Source of the DNA: Eledone cirrhosa
Lineage: Eukaryota
Assembly (NCBI GenBank): GCA_964016885.1
Contig: OZ024747.1
Location: forward strand, 74,586,001 to 74,650,000
Direction of reading: 5' to 3'
DNA length: 64,000 nucleotides
Position numbers and translations under genes: made by a program. The notes beneath the pieces are model-generated. The model made no database searches. It worked only from the letters and a program-made list of their open reading frames with translations, and was not told the origin of the DNA. This document shows positions 11,797 to 25,658 of the stretch, piece by piece (the stretch's first letter is position 1; every line of letters starts with the position of its first letter).

Positions 11797-12083
11797 GGCA
11801 CGTGGTTTTGTAGTTACACTATTCGACACAAGATCGTAAGGTCTTGAGCGGGAAACTTTATTTCACGTTGCTCCAGTCCTCTCAGCTCACTAAAATGAGT
11901 TGTACCTGTAATTCAAAGGGCCATCCTTGTCACATTCTGTCTCACGCCGAATCTCCCTGAGTACTACTATAAGGCGACGCATGTCTGTGGAACGCTCAGC
12001 AACTTATACGTTAATTTAATGAGCAGGCTGTTCCTTAGATCATATCGATTGAAACACTCATCGTCGTAACCGACGAAGTTCCG
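11795..12083 (+). mobile_element. SINE family B
   Basis: tttcacgttgctccagtc..aatgagttgtacctgtaattcaaagg..gaatctccctgag..caggctgttcc, collinear with 6172-6486. Confidence 0.82.
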
Positions 12084-12236
12084 CTACTATATATATTTAT
12101 AAATCAGTCTGAAACCGGTTAGAGCATTACTCAAGAGAGTACTCGATACTTGGGGTAGTAGAGTGTGGTTATATTATAAAGAGTCTGGACCTAGCTATTG
12201 AAACGGCAAGATCACATCCATCGAGTCCCGACCCTT

Positions 12237-12239
<3 letters not shown>

Positions 12240-12327
<88 letters not shown>

Positions 12328-12338
12328 CATATATATAC

Positions 12339-12421
<83 letters not shown>

Positions 12422-12447
12422 CATATATATACATATATATATATATT

Positions 12448-12497
<50 letters not shown>

Positions 12498-12715
12498 CGT
12501 GTTTGTGAGTATACATATATATACACTTACATATATACACATATGTATACATATACATATATATATATGTACATTTACATATATATACATATATATACAT
12601 ATATATATACATGTATATATATATACATATATATATATGTACATTTACATATATATACATATATATACATATATATATACATGTATATATATATACATAT
12701 ATATATATACATATA

Positions 12716-12798
<83 letters not shown>

Positions 12799-12815
12799 TA
12801 AATATATATATATGT
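12240..12815. repeat. Compound (TA)n/(GA)n/(TATACA)n microsatellite
   Basis: Direct inspection. Confidence 0.97.
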
Positions 12816-12904
12816 AGGAGGTGAGTTTTATTGTAGTACAATAAAGCAATGCAGATATCGGATAAGAAGCACTCTACAGTTTGTAGGACTGGAGTATACA
12901 TAAT

Positions 12905-13628
12905 ATATAAGAACAAAAGATGGTTAAAAGAGTTCCATGTATTTTATTATGCGCATTTCAAAAACAAATACAACACATTCTTACTCTATATCACCTTGTA
13001 AAAATCCTTCGTAAACATATACATTTTTTGGGACGTTAGATTATTCATCCTCAATTCATTATTCTTTTCTCCCTTTCATCTAACTCATTATTCTCAATAC
13101 ATATTAACTCTTTCTTTTTCTTCGCTCATATTATCAAACCCCTCAATATACAAACCTTAACTTTACATTATTTTTCTCTTCGTTAATTTTCAAATTCTTT
13201 TAATTTATACATTATCTTCCAACGGTTTTCAACCTCTCTATGTAAAACAATATATCTTTCTCAGTTATAAAAGCTACCTCTCTCTCTCTATCACCCATCT
13301 CTCATCCTATCTCATCCTTCCCCATTATACTCCTCCCTCTCCACCTTCACTCTCATCTCCTCCGTTTTGTTCATCCTTTCCACACACCCACCCACCCCAC
13401 CCCCACCCCCACCCCCCTCTAAATAAAATATTTTTCCCAATATCACACATCAATCTAAAACTACTTCTCATATGTTGATTTAAAACTGAACTATCCACAA
13501 GTGTTTTTTAACCTTCATATCATGTCCTCCTGTTTTATCTGATGAAAACACAAATATTATTGCATGATGATATTTGTTTTTGAAATGCGCATAATAAAAT
13601 ACATGGAACTCTTTTAACCATCTTTTGT

Positions 13629-13635
<7 letters not shown>
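12905..13635 (+). mobile_element. PLE-type 3' module with a partial inverted terminal copy (12905-12970 vs 13571-13635)
   Basis: ~65-bp inverted repeat, pyrimidine-rich body, hammerhead near the 3' end, ends in (TA)n. Confidence 0.8.
13533..13599 (+). ncRNA. Type I hammerhead ribozyme
   Basis: Stem I UUUUAU/AUAAAA; CUGAUGA 13539-13545; AU-rich long stem II; GAAA; stem III palindrome AUGCGCAU; AUA site. Confidence 0.82.
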
Positions 13636-13720
<85 letters not shown>

Positions 13721-13768
13721 TATTCAAAATATTAATAAATGAAAAATATTCTCATAACCAAAATATAT

Positions 13769-13829
13769 ATTTTATTATATGTATTTCAAAGCTACAATGG
13801 TGTTTCAGTACGTTTTCATCAGATAAAAT
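13769..13829 (-). ncRNA. Type I hammerhead ribozyme (weak stem II), related to 13533-13599
   Basis: AUUUUAU-CUGAUGA-...-GAAA-UACAUA-UA-AUAAAAU. Confidence 0.68.
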
Positions 13830-14550
13830 ATATGAGAGATTGGATATACGACATACCGCTAAGGTTTCGAATACTCAATTCCTGTAGTGGTAGTATATAT
13901 ATATATATATCAAGTAAGCTGCAATATATTTCTAAATATATCTGAATTGTCAATACAGACGACGTTGTATGAGAACGAGTCGTATGAAAAGAAAGAAATA
14001 AAGGAAGGAAGGAGGAAAGAAAGGAAGAAAATCACAACATGAAAATAACTTGGCCATATTCAATGAGATAACCAAGTACAGAATTGAAATAGGAGTTCTA
14101 ATCAATAGCCAAAAGAGGAAAATGCATCCAGCCAGAAAACGATACAAACAGATGAAGGGATACAGGAAAATATGAGAGAGAAAGAGAGAGATATAAAGGT
14201 GAGATGGAGGGGGGAAGAGAGTGAGAGAGAGAGAGGGAGAGAGACTGAACGAGTGATTGACTCGGTGAGATTCTACTGGGTGCACTGATATCTGATCAAA
14301 GTATAATGTAATGTAATATAGATACATATATATGTATGTATATATATATACGTGGATGCATTTGCGTCTATGTAACACACACACAAATATATATATTTAT
14401 TTATTTATTTATATTGTGAGTGTGTGTAATAATTATTATCATAAAGCAATTCTTGGTATTTTATATTCTGAAGTCTAAAATATAAGCTCATTGTAGGGTT
14501 GGCATAAACTTTTAGTTTGATCTTTTTCCAAACATTACCAGGTTTGACCA

Positions 14551-14960
14551 AGACTTTTACTGAATCGTAAGAAGATATACATATGTTCCACCATTGTTCA
14601 TGAGTCTCAATGCGAGTTTAGATCTAGAAAATGAACCACAAAACAAACAGCTTTGTTAAGCAACAAGTTAACAAATATGCTAGCAGAGAGGAACCACTCC
14701 TTCCGATGATGAAAAGACGGAATCTTGCCTGATATGGTTACATATCCCACCACAACTCCATATCTAAAACAATCCTTCAGGGCAAAGTCAAGGGAGAACG
14801 GAGAAGAGGCAGACAAAGAAAATCTTGGTCTGACAACATCAAAGACTGGACTAGTCACAACATAGAAAAATTCTACACATGACTTAACCAGTTGTGACTG
14901 CTGACCTCGAAAGCGCCTAGAGTGGCACCTCAACGATTGGCTGCAGTAGTTGCGGGAACA
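14551..14960 (+). mobile_element. RTE-clade LINE remnant
   Basis: RLLLNR..IVHESQCEFRSR (early RT motif, 14551-14631) followed by HKTNSFV..KRRNLA*YGYI..ILQGKVKGERRRGRQRKSWSDNIKDW (C-terminus, from 14637). Confidence 0.82.
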
Positions 14961-17773
14961 TGGTTACATGAAAGGAACCAGAGATATAATCATTAGCGTC
15001 AGACAGTTGCAGGAAAAGTGCTTAGAGTAAGGACAACTCCATGTTTTCATTAATTTAACGAAAACGTTTGATATTGTGAATAGAGAAATTAACAACATAG
15101 TCCATTTCTATTTCAATAAGTAAAGGGATGTAACTCAACACCTCCGGATATCTCACCACTCTACTGATTCTTCCATCTATCTCCAGGTCCTTTGAAAGAA
15201 ATGTGGCAAGGTGAAGGAAAATTGGTTCCGTCTCGACCGCCCTAACTCCGGGAAGAGGAGGAGAGGTCTTCCAAAAATCTAAGTAGACAGTGAGGTTTTT
15301 GCGGTGGTGTCAGATATTCTTGAACCCCTCCTTGACTCTTCGAATTCCGAGTCAACGTAAAGCTGAACACCTTTCTTACAGAACTTGTCTGTCCACAACC
15401 CTCTTACAGTAATCATAGTAACACCAAAAGCAACAGCACGCCTCGGATATTAAAGTTATACTGGATTCGTTGGGTTGTATATTTGGTCAGGTGACGATTT
15501 GGGGGAAAGGCTTCTGATAATACTGTTTTCCTTTCTTGTAGAATTGATAGCTTTCTTCACTAATGACGTCAGCATTTATTGAAAATTAATTAATTATCAT
15601 TTGCTAGTCATCTTCATATTTTATCTAATTATTAAAATTTCTTTCTGAAAATTATTTGAAATATCTTTCATTTTATAATTTTGTATTTCTTTAACATTCT
15701 TTCGACGGTTGTTTTACATCTTGTACTGGAGCATGAATATTTTATTAAAGCATTCGCTAAACTGTCTGACAAATACTGAGGGTAGAATATCAGAAAATCA
15801 ATTTCCATATACATTTATATATATACGTAAGACAGTTATTGCTCCGATCCGTCCACAAAACACTGAGTAAATACCCTAAACCGAACGCCAGTCTCACCCA
15901 CCCTCCACATTCGGCAAACGCAAACCACCCATCTTTCCAAATTCAGTGGTCAGAACCGGACCACAACAGCCACCAAATTGGGAAGTCAGGCGTTATCAAG
16001 CTGTAGCTGACACATTACATACTTTCTATATAATAAAGCTAATAAAGTTATCTGAAGCCACAACGACCCATTACACAATTTAGTATATTCAAAAGGATAA
16101 ACATCCACGTTATCTGATAGGTTTATCGGTTAAGAAGGCTGCAGTGGTTTCATTTTTAAAATATATTTATGTATGAAACAATATAAATGAGGAAGAAAGT
16201 ATAAACTGTATTTTTATAGGATACATTTTCAGCTGAGTATACTGAAGCAACGTGAACTAAAGTATTTTGCTAAAGAACACAACACACATCCCAGTCCAGA
16301 AATCGAACCCACGATGCAAAACTGGTAAAATAAGTACTTATGGTCGATTTCATCCGTCACCTGGTTAAACCCCACCATCTAGACTTTGGTTGCCTTTAAC
16401 AAGCATTAAAGCCAGATCTCTAGTCTGGTTTGAGGACAGGTCCCTCCCTCTGTGTATGTGTATGTGAATGTTTAAAGCCACCTTCTTCCCTTCCTCGCGT
16501 GTGTGTGTGCATGTGTCTGTTTATGACAGGAATAATTACCATGGTCGATGTGTAAACCATAAGCCAGATAACAGTAATATTTCTCCACCCCCAGCACCTT
16601 GCCCCATGACTCTTAATGAATGATGAGGTTCACATCCACTTGTAACATATCTCATACTCAACGATAAAATCCTTATTTGCAATATAATCATTATGATATG
16701 AGATGTCTATAAATGTGTCTAATATATAAAACCTTTCTCTGAACCTTAATCGCAGAAAGCCTTCCCTTTTCAAGATTCTATTTGTAATTTATCAGTGGAG
16801 CCAATAAATCTTTGACATTGCATCATTAAATGGTGAAAACTATATAATTATTGTTACTGCCTGCTTTCGTCTCTGCTGGTGTTTTGACCTACTAAGGCCT
16901 TATTCCGTTACCACAATTATCTAATCCCAAACCGTTCCCAGCATCTCTCACAGTAGTGTTTCTAGAAGAGGGTGTCAAGATACATTACATCTTGCTCAAT
17001 ATGAAACATGATTATATTTCACTGTAAACACTGACACCTTAACGTTTTCCGAGTGTAAAGAGAAAAGTCTCTCAAATATCTAAGTGTTGACAATTGCTTT
17101 TTATCATTCGGGGATATTTTAAGCTTTCAATAAAATTGTATCTTTCAAAACTATTAACCTCATTTGTAGAGTATATTTACTGCACTACACTTCGATATAT
17201 TCTATCTCTGATCGTCCTCGGTTGTTATATTCTTGCCATGATCCATACTCGTGTCAGTATTCACCCAGGATGGAATGAGAGCCAGCACCAACCAGTGAAT
17301 GCACTGTGTCGTGAACAGAGGCCACGTATTTATTGTGATCCCTGGTTTCTGAGGTGGATATTGCCAGTCAGTCAGTCAGTGAGACAGTCACGATTCCAGT
17401 AGCAGACGAGAACATATACGCGAAGACTAGATATTAGCTCATGATCCGACTTGATCATGCTAATCCAAGATTTAAACCCTTACGGTTTTCATGACATCCC
17501 ACTTGAGACACTGGTGTGAATGTATCACGAATGTTCACCATGTGGTTGGTGGAGTGTCTAAATAAAGGAGGCGTCTTTTGAGAAGAGATTGTTGAGGGGG
17601 GTGGTAATCGATCCGGCAACGACGACAAATGTGTGCGAAAGATTCATCGAAGTCTTCCGGACTACGTAAACCTGTTGCTCTCGCTGGCCACGCCTCGGGG
17701 CCGATATCTATCATACATTGTACTAGATTGTCTTCGAACAAAGAGCGTTATGTTCCTAGATAAGAGTAATAAC

Positions 17774-17834
17774 TGTTTCTACTTTAGGCACAAGGCCAGC
17801 AATTATCCAGTGCATTACTGGTACTTTACTGGTA
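17774..17834 (-). mobile_element. Severely 5'-truncated SINE A with 18-bp TSD
   Basis: ctagataagagtaataac at 17756-17773 and 17835-17852. Confidence 0.85.
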
Positions 17835-20800
17835 CTAGATAAGAGTAATAACGTTCTTATATTATCCGATGAGGATCAGAAATCTAATCAGTTGGAATAT
17901 TATGTAGGTGTAAACATTTTAAACGATTTTCACCTGTAAAGATGGGGCTGAAAAATGTTAATTTCTATATTAAAGTCTTTCTCGAACCTAGAAATTCATC
18001 AGACTAGAGTTTATTTGGGTTTCACGTGACGATAAGAGACGCCAGTCCGTTGCAAGATTAATACTGTCTTTCTCAATGATACAATGGGCCACCCGGACAG
18101 GATACCGAACGCTCGATCGTGAGGCCAGCTCCATAACCACTAGATTGCGTCAAAATAACTATTTAAAGTTATTTCACCTCCCAGCATTTCTTAATCACTT
18201 TGCTTCATTCTAAGCAATTCCCTCTTGAATTCACTATAATTTCCTTGCGTGCATCGGATTACAGACGTTTCTGTTAAATGCTAGCTTCACTGACTCCCAC
18301 CAGTGTGGAAGATGATTTAAAAGTCATTAAAATTTGCTCCTTCTCCCACTCTGCTACCTAGAATATATAATTAAAAATACATAATTGGTAAATTAGTTTG
18401 TTAAATCATCCTATGTTCTCTCAGAAAGAAGCCTTCAAGTTTTTATCTGAGATAGAATTGCCAGCTAAATACAACATGTGTTTTTCGATTAGGAATTTAT
18501 GCAGATTTATGCACACTTTGACATAAATATTATTTTCAATTATATTCTTGAACTGTGAACAACCAAACTGTCTTGATTAAATAGCAATTAACAAAGTAAT
18601 TGTCTTTCGTAGCATATGTTGTCGTTATTGCTGTATTTTATTCCTATATTTACCATTTTTCTTAGAAAAGTCTACCAACAACAAAACAAATTTAGTTTAT
18701 TCTTCAATATATAAGGATGCGTTGTTTGTAACAAACTTCAATTTTAGTAAAAAAAAAAAAAAAAAATCTTTGAATATTTATTTAATTAAATTTGATAGTA
18801 TATAGTTAATTGAGGGTAATTTCGCATTTTAATAAACGACGCCAACAATTTACCTAATTTAAATGGCTAATTGAGGCTATAAAGTAATGAAAATATATAA
18901 TATATTCTGTGAAGGAGAAATATCAAAAAAAAAAACTGTGTGTGTTCTTTAATGAATGGATTTAAGAAAATGTTTTCATGTTACGGTCGGATTTAAACAT
19001 TTAAATATGTTTTGATACCAAGATTTGTCGAACAAATAACGATGGAACTATATTAATTACTCGTTACAAAGGTATGTTTTTGGTTAATTCTTTCCATACG
19101 GCTGTTTACTCCTGAAAGATTTGTAAATAATATAAATTTTGTCTTAAATTTTTAGATAATTTTATTTTATCTTTTATTCTATTCTATTTTCAATAAATAT
19201 TCAATGTGTTTGAGGAAGAAGAAAAAAAAAGAAGACCAGATACTTAATATTGTTTGTAATTAATCAACGCCAACGGAGATCATCTACTTGACAAGTAGTA
19301 ATTTATCATTAGTTTAATTGAATACAGTTTTGAAAATTGCTAAAATGAATAAACAATCTACGTGAAGCAAGTGAGAAGCATAAACAGACGATGCAGCGTG
19401 TAAGGAAAAGAGGGAATAATGATATTGGAAATAAATGGCAGTTGAAGGCGTCACCTTATATTAATAAAGAGGAGGACAGCAGGTATGATGTGTTTGTGTG
19501 GTGAAATATGAAATAGAATACCAATTGTTGAGAAAGTATCATCTAATAATGGATGTCAGTTAATAACAACTAGATATTAATCATTTTAATATCTACAACC
19601 GCAAATAAATGAATGAATAAAGCATCAATTGTTTTTTGGGGGGAGGGGGGGTATAGAGAGTCACTGTTCGTATAGAAAGATGGTTTTCTGATGACTGAGA
19701 AAAAGAAAGATTCTGTTTGCCATCTGTCAGATCTAAAGCAAAGGTAACTCAACTTTCAGCTGACTTGATGCCGGGACTCTTTTAAGTATCATTTTGTTTC
19801 AATAGTTTCAGTTTTATTGAGTGGTTTCAATGCGATTTGGGAATCTTTGATATCTACAGTGTTATATTTTGTTTTGTTCTTGAAATCTCTGTTGTATTGC
19901 AAGTATTCTCTGTAACAAAATCATATGAAGCCAATTTAATCGCACAGCAATAACTTAACATTTTACAGGGGAAATATTTAGTGATCTTTTGATAGAATGA
20001 ACTGATATTGAAGTATAACATTGAAGTAGCCATTCGTACGGGTGTGGTAAAGGACAACAAAAACATTCTTACAAATGAAAATATTGAAAATATTAAACAG
20101 ACATCACTTAAATGTAGATAAACGATCAGGCCACCCTATTCCTTGAAATTCTATACAAATGTCTACTCGCATAACAAACAGGATGCAGAAATAATACCTG
20201 ATGAGGTCAGTAATAATATATGAGGTATATAAGTAAACAATAAATTGGAAATTAACATTTAGCGTAACATCTGCCGTCACTTTAATCAATTTATCTCTAT
20301 AAAGAGAAGGATGATTTATTATAGGGATAGACATTTACCCAAGAATCATTTCAAACGACATCTCAGCTTCATTCTCATTAGCCTCATCGAACGAGTTTAC
20401 TTTACTACTCTCTAGATAGATTTAGCAGTAACCTTAGCAATTAGTTACCTGTAACTTGTGTGATATTGTTGACACTGTACCAATTCATTCATCAGATTTT
20501 TGAATTCTTGTAAATCAAGAGATTATTTCTAGTAGACATCAGACTCCCGATATATAACCAGTTAGGTAGAAAGTATCATTGATAATGTCTTCAGAAATAG
20601 CTTCGTGTGAAGTGTTTCATTAGTAGCAGTACATACGAAGTTAACTGCGGGTACCCCAGGAAAAATAACTTCCCAGTTTTTATTTCCTGTTTTGGGTGTA
20701 TATTTGGTAATACTCCATACCTGTCCATTATATTTCTCAACTTACTTCAGGGTTAGTATGGAGTTATTTTAAAATAAGATATACCAATTTTGGGACAAAA

Positions 20801-20836
20801 TTAATTAAATTCCATTCAAAAAAATTTTAGACACCT

Positions 20837-20933
20837 TTTTCTCTCAAATGAAACCTCGGATTATGAATTTTAGCTTGAGACACGATCGAATTTAATTTTT
20901 CATTCGTAATCCGAGTTTTCATTTGAGAGAAAA
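20837..20933. repeat. 32-bp inverted repeat (hairpin), possibly the centre of a decayed MITE
   Basis: ttttctctcaaatgaaacctcggattatgaat vs attcgtaatccgagttttcatttgagagaaaa, 2 mismatches. Confidence 0.8.
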
Positions 20934-23900
20934 TGTCAAAGGTTGTTTGTTCATCTGTATTTAATATTTTGCGAAATGATTGAAGAAACTATATTTCCAA
21001 AAGACTGCTATGATTTCTGGTTCTTCTAGCACTGTGACCCCTTTTCCGTTGTCCAGTTAGCAAATAGGGTTCTTCATAAGAAAGCAATTGGTCAGTTAAT
21101 TGAGAAATCACTGCACCAGTACTTAGCGCATCAGTCCCAGAGACGTCTTAAAACACCTGCGTGTCTGACAAAACACACTGTCACATGACTGACACCCCAC
21201 CCCCATTTATGGTTATACTATTTAATACGTCGTTGGGGTACAGTAAACGATTTCTGATTCAATCAGTCTTAGTGGCCGCTCGCTGTAAGACGGGTTTAAC
21301 TTGACAGTTAGTGTAACTTATTTCATATATTCAAGATGTTATTTCATCAGATAGATAGTCATCAGAGTTTGTGAATAGTGTATTACTAATGTTACATTGA
21401 AATGTTTTGAATACTAACCGTGTGTTATTCCTTCTTATGACAAGAAATTGTGCACGCCATGGTGAATACCGAGGTTTATAGAAGGTGTTTAATTTATTTA
21501 TAAATGACTTGACAATATTTTGAAGAGAGCTAGTGTAATTTATTATGGGATTACCTGTGACGAATTGATTAGGAAAATCATAAAATCTGAAAGATAAGTC
21601 AATCTTCATTAATTCTTTCTTCTTGTAATTTCTTCGAAGCGAACAAGGTAGTCATATAACTAATCCTTACTTCCTCCACACAACTCTTTGCATTTCCATG
21701 TTCTGGTTTGCTTCTTCACACTCTCAAGTGACTTGGTCAGTCCTTTAGTACCATCCTGCCAAAGCCATTTTGATCAATCCATTCTTGTTCTTATGAGGTT
21801 GGGTGTTGTCCACGGTGCTTCTTCATCTGGTTGGATTTCCGTGTCAACCTTACTTATCCATTGCTGGGGTCTGGCCTCTCCTCTCATGATGTTAAGAATT
21901 AGACATGTTTGAGAAAGCTACTTTTTAATTTCAGTTGTCGTGGGTGGAGTTGATGTCGATGAAGGCGCTTACATTCATCATTAATACCTTTACTATCTCT
22001 GCTAAAGAAATACCACTCGAGACTTTTTCCAGGAGGAGGCACGTAACCATAATGTTATATATGACAAACAAACCATAAAGAAGGACCCCTGTTATCTCTC
22101 CTTTCTTAAATCAATCCTCAAGTTGCTGAGGAGATTTAGAAGATAGCTTGTTGGAGATATTTTATATCAAAAGCTGGTCGCGATATCTGAAATATTGGTG
22201 GTTCTGGTCGTGGTTCTGGTCGCTCCATACTAAGCTCTGTTTTTTTTTGTTTTTTTTTTGCTTTTAATAACTGGGGTTCAATCAAAATATTCATTCCTGA
22301 AAGGTTCTGTCTTCAGTTGTACGTTACATTACGTAGCATGTTTCTAATTAAGAGACTGTATAGAGTAGAGTAGCTATTTGAACAAGAGACTTTGGTTCAA
22401 TGTTTAAATTCATCCCATTTGACAACTTTCATTGCACTCTGGGTAGATTTTACTTGGATGGAGATGGGGATAAGTTTTAATATGATGTGGTATAATATAT
22501 ATTTAACTGCTTCAGTCCATGTGATTTATATTGAGTTATGCAACGACGCAAGAGTTGAGTTTTGTTTCTGCTAATGTAAATAACGATTCGTTCAAAAAAA
22601 TGTGATATGACCAGATTTAACACACAGACACACACACAGAGCTCAAAGGGTTTAACTAAATAGGGGTAACCTTCTACGCTGACATGACTGTCATCTAACA
22701 CAAGATGGTATATTCTAACAGTATCGCAACGTAACTCGCTATGAGAGTGCAAGTGTTTGTGTCCCAGTAGAGAGATGAGTTAAAATTCATATCTTAACAA
22801 CCCATATTTTGAGTAGTTTACAATAATCATTAACTGATTCATTTGCTCTATGTTAACGCGTCAATAATTGGTGCATTACAACACGAGTGAATCTTCTAAA
22901 GTGAGTGCCGAGCATAGCTATATTCGTAGCATCAGCATTTGTGATTGTGACAACATTAATAATAAATCTGAATCGGCATATATTCGAGGAAGTGTCACCT
23001 TACATATCTCATCTGTTATTGCATTGATGTTTAAACAGACAGTATAGATAACACTTGTGCCAACACCTCAACTAATCAAAAGATGTAGGTCTGTTAGGAA
23101 ATTCAGGTGATGTTAACTTTATAGTTCACAATTTAGTGTTGTGGAATAAAGTTGTTGCAAGAGGTGCCAAAGTACTTTTTATTCTACAAGCTATAATAAT
23201 AAAGTATACAGCTATAATATAACAGCAGGAATGGTAGGTGACTTAAAAATAAATAGTAAAAAAAGAAAAATTAACATTTATCATATCACTTGCTTTAGCA
23301 ACAGCGGGGGTCTCGGGCTAAAGAAGAAGCTGCTGTGCTCTCCTTTTATACACTAGAAATAGCTGCCAAAACTCTTTCGAATTATCAGGCGCTCTTTCAG
23401 TTCACAGAGATGTAAATATGTGGGATTGACAAGTGTTTCATTTGAACATACCGACATGCTACTGAAGAGTGTATAGGCACTGTTGTTGTTGTTGTTGTTG
23501 TTGTTTAACCCAGATTTGTCTTACTCGAGTAAACATTATCCAAGCCCTCCTTCCTTTTCGATTTGGTTGCTATTTCGAATAAGTCTGTTGACGATTTAGC
23601 GATATTCTCCTTGGCTCACGTATATAATAGTTCCTAAGAGAAAATGTTCGTTCAATGCTTATCCATAACAATACCATAGAATATGAAGTTATAGCTTTTG
23701 GTGGATGCTGAGTAGTGGCTTTTTCCCAGGGAACATAATTTGTAAATCAATGTTGTTGTTTTTTTTATATCGTTGACTTATAAAACGCATTTGCAGCTAA
23801 ACGTCTGTAAAGAATTAACAGATGTCTCTGTTAGCAATGCAACAGAAGCGAATACAATGACTCAGTCTTCGGTGATGCAAGCGTATAAGCAATGTAATAA

Positions 23901-25542
23901 TAATACCAATAAAAGTAGGTTTGGTGGTGGTGGTGGTGGTTTCTATTTCTCTGATTACATGCCTACATATAAACAGATAGCCTATGCCCTTCCTTCTTCT
24001 GATATGGTAGAGACTGTATTGTTTATTCTACATCAGAAACTGAGAATATTTCTGGGAAAGTGTGAGAGAGAGAGAGAAGGAGGAACACCCGGCGGATGTA
24101 CTAGAGAGATTTAAAATATCTGATATAGGAATTCACAAGTCAATAAAAGGGGAAACAAAGAACAAAAAAATCTTTATTTGGTAACATTAAATTCTTCTTT
24201 AGTAGAATTGAAAAAAATGGTGTAAGTCGTCTGAGAAAGTCATTAATTATTTTTCTTCTTCCGTCTTAATTTCGATAAGAAACCCATGAGGTGATACAAA
24301 AATATAAAGATTAAATCATCAAAGAGAATTTGAGTAAAATCTTTTTAAAGGAAAATGGGACTGTTGTCATTACATCTTCAAGTCTACAAAATCCTGAATA
24401 AAAAAAAAATGTTCATTCTGCTAATTTTTTTTTCACTAAAGTTACAAAAGTATCAAATTAAAATTGACAGTGTATAATGTTTCAATTAAGAAACCTTGAG
24501 AAAACATTTCCAAAGCAGTCAAAATGGTTTCATGCTATTCATAATGTCAGATAATAGAAATTGTTTGCTTGTAATCCTAAACTAGCAAACTAGTCAAGAA
24601 TTTCAACAGCTTTTCAACATTAGTATGTCTACTGTTGATTAGAGTGAAAATATGAAGTGAAAACTATCACAAGAATTACGATGTCTTTGGGCTGTTATCC
24701 TATTGTTGAGCTTAGAATTATATATTTGATACCTTCAACAAGTCGTGCTAAGAATTAAAATTTGATACAGTAGAATCTGAAGAAACAAAATGATGGTGTG
24801 TGTCGAGAGATCTCTAATGAAGTATTCGACAAAATAATCTATTTCGTGAATTAAACATGGCCATGTTTAATTAGGTACAAGCTAGTCTTTTTTTTTTTTT
24901 TTGTATAGATTTTTGAGTGGTTAGCATATTGTAGACACAGCATAGTCTAAGGAGTGTGAATAAGATTGCTTGGCAATCATTACGTCCCTGGTTCAATCCT
25001 ACTGCGTATGATCTTTACCACGTGTCATTTAGCAAAGCTTTGGATCAACCTATGCTTTGTAAGAGAAACTAGGTACGTGGAAACGCTTTAGAAGTTCAGA
25101 TGAACTGTACCTGTAATGCAAAAGACCTATTTTGTCACACAGTATGTCACGCTGAATCTTCCTTAGAATTACGTTTAGGATAGATGTGTCTGTGGAACAC
25201 TCCTGGTCGATACTGAGATTTATATAAGGGGATATATAGAGTATATGACTGTACGCTGGTTTATGATGAAACTACGCGGGTCATATTTATAATGTTCCTT
25301 ATCTCAGATCTTCAAAATCAACGTCGAGGTTTCTGCAATGCAAAATACCTGATACCACATCAAATAAATCTTGATCATCAATAATGACGCCTCCAAGATT
25401 TCAAAAACCAGAACACCCCGTGTATGTCCTTCCATTTAAAGACTATAGGTATGGTTTCACAGAGATTTGGCAGCGAGGTTTAGCAAGCTGGAAAACTAAA
25501 CTGAAGTGATCTCGATGAGTAGTAGTATTTTTACTTTGAAGT

Positions 25543-25658
25543 CTGAGTTCAAATCCCGCCGAGGTTAACTTTGCCTTTCATCCTTACGGGGTCGATAAAA
25601 TAAAGTACCAGTAATACAGTGGGATAATTGCTGGCCTTATGCCAAAAGTAGAAACAAT
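25543..25658 (+). mobile_element. 5'-truncated young SINE A with 17-bp TSD
   Basis: tatttttactttgaagt at 25526-25542 and 25659-25675; near-consensus body. Confidence 0.93.

Noticed and set aside
20100-20640. Possible pogo/Tigger transposase remnant (also ~26100-26330)
   Set aside because: Only vague acidic-motif similarity with many stops
17975-21370. Isolated CTGATGA / TCATCAG words (about 17995, 19688, 20198, 20489, 21345)
   Set aside because: No convincing stems or correctly placed GAAA-UH, so not counted as hammerheads
18270-24400. Possible minus-strand exons after acceptor-like sites (~18358 VAEWEKEQIL.., ~24394 FCRLEDVMTT..)
   Set aside because: Short, end in stops, no recognisable homology
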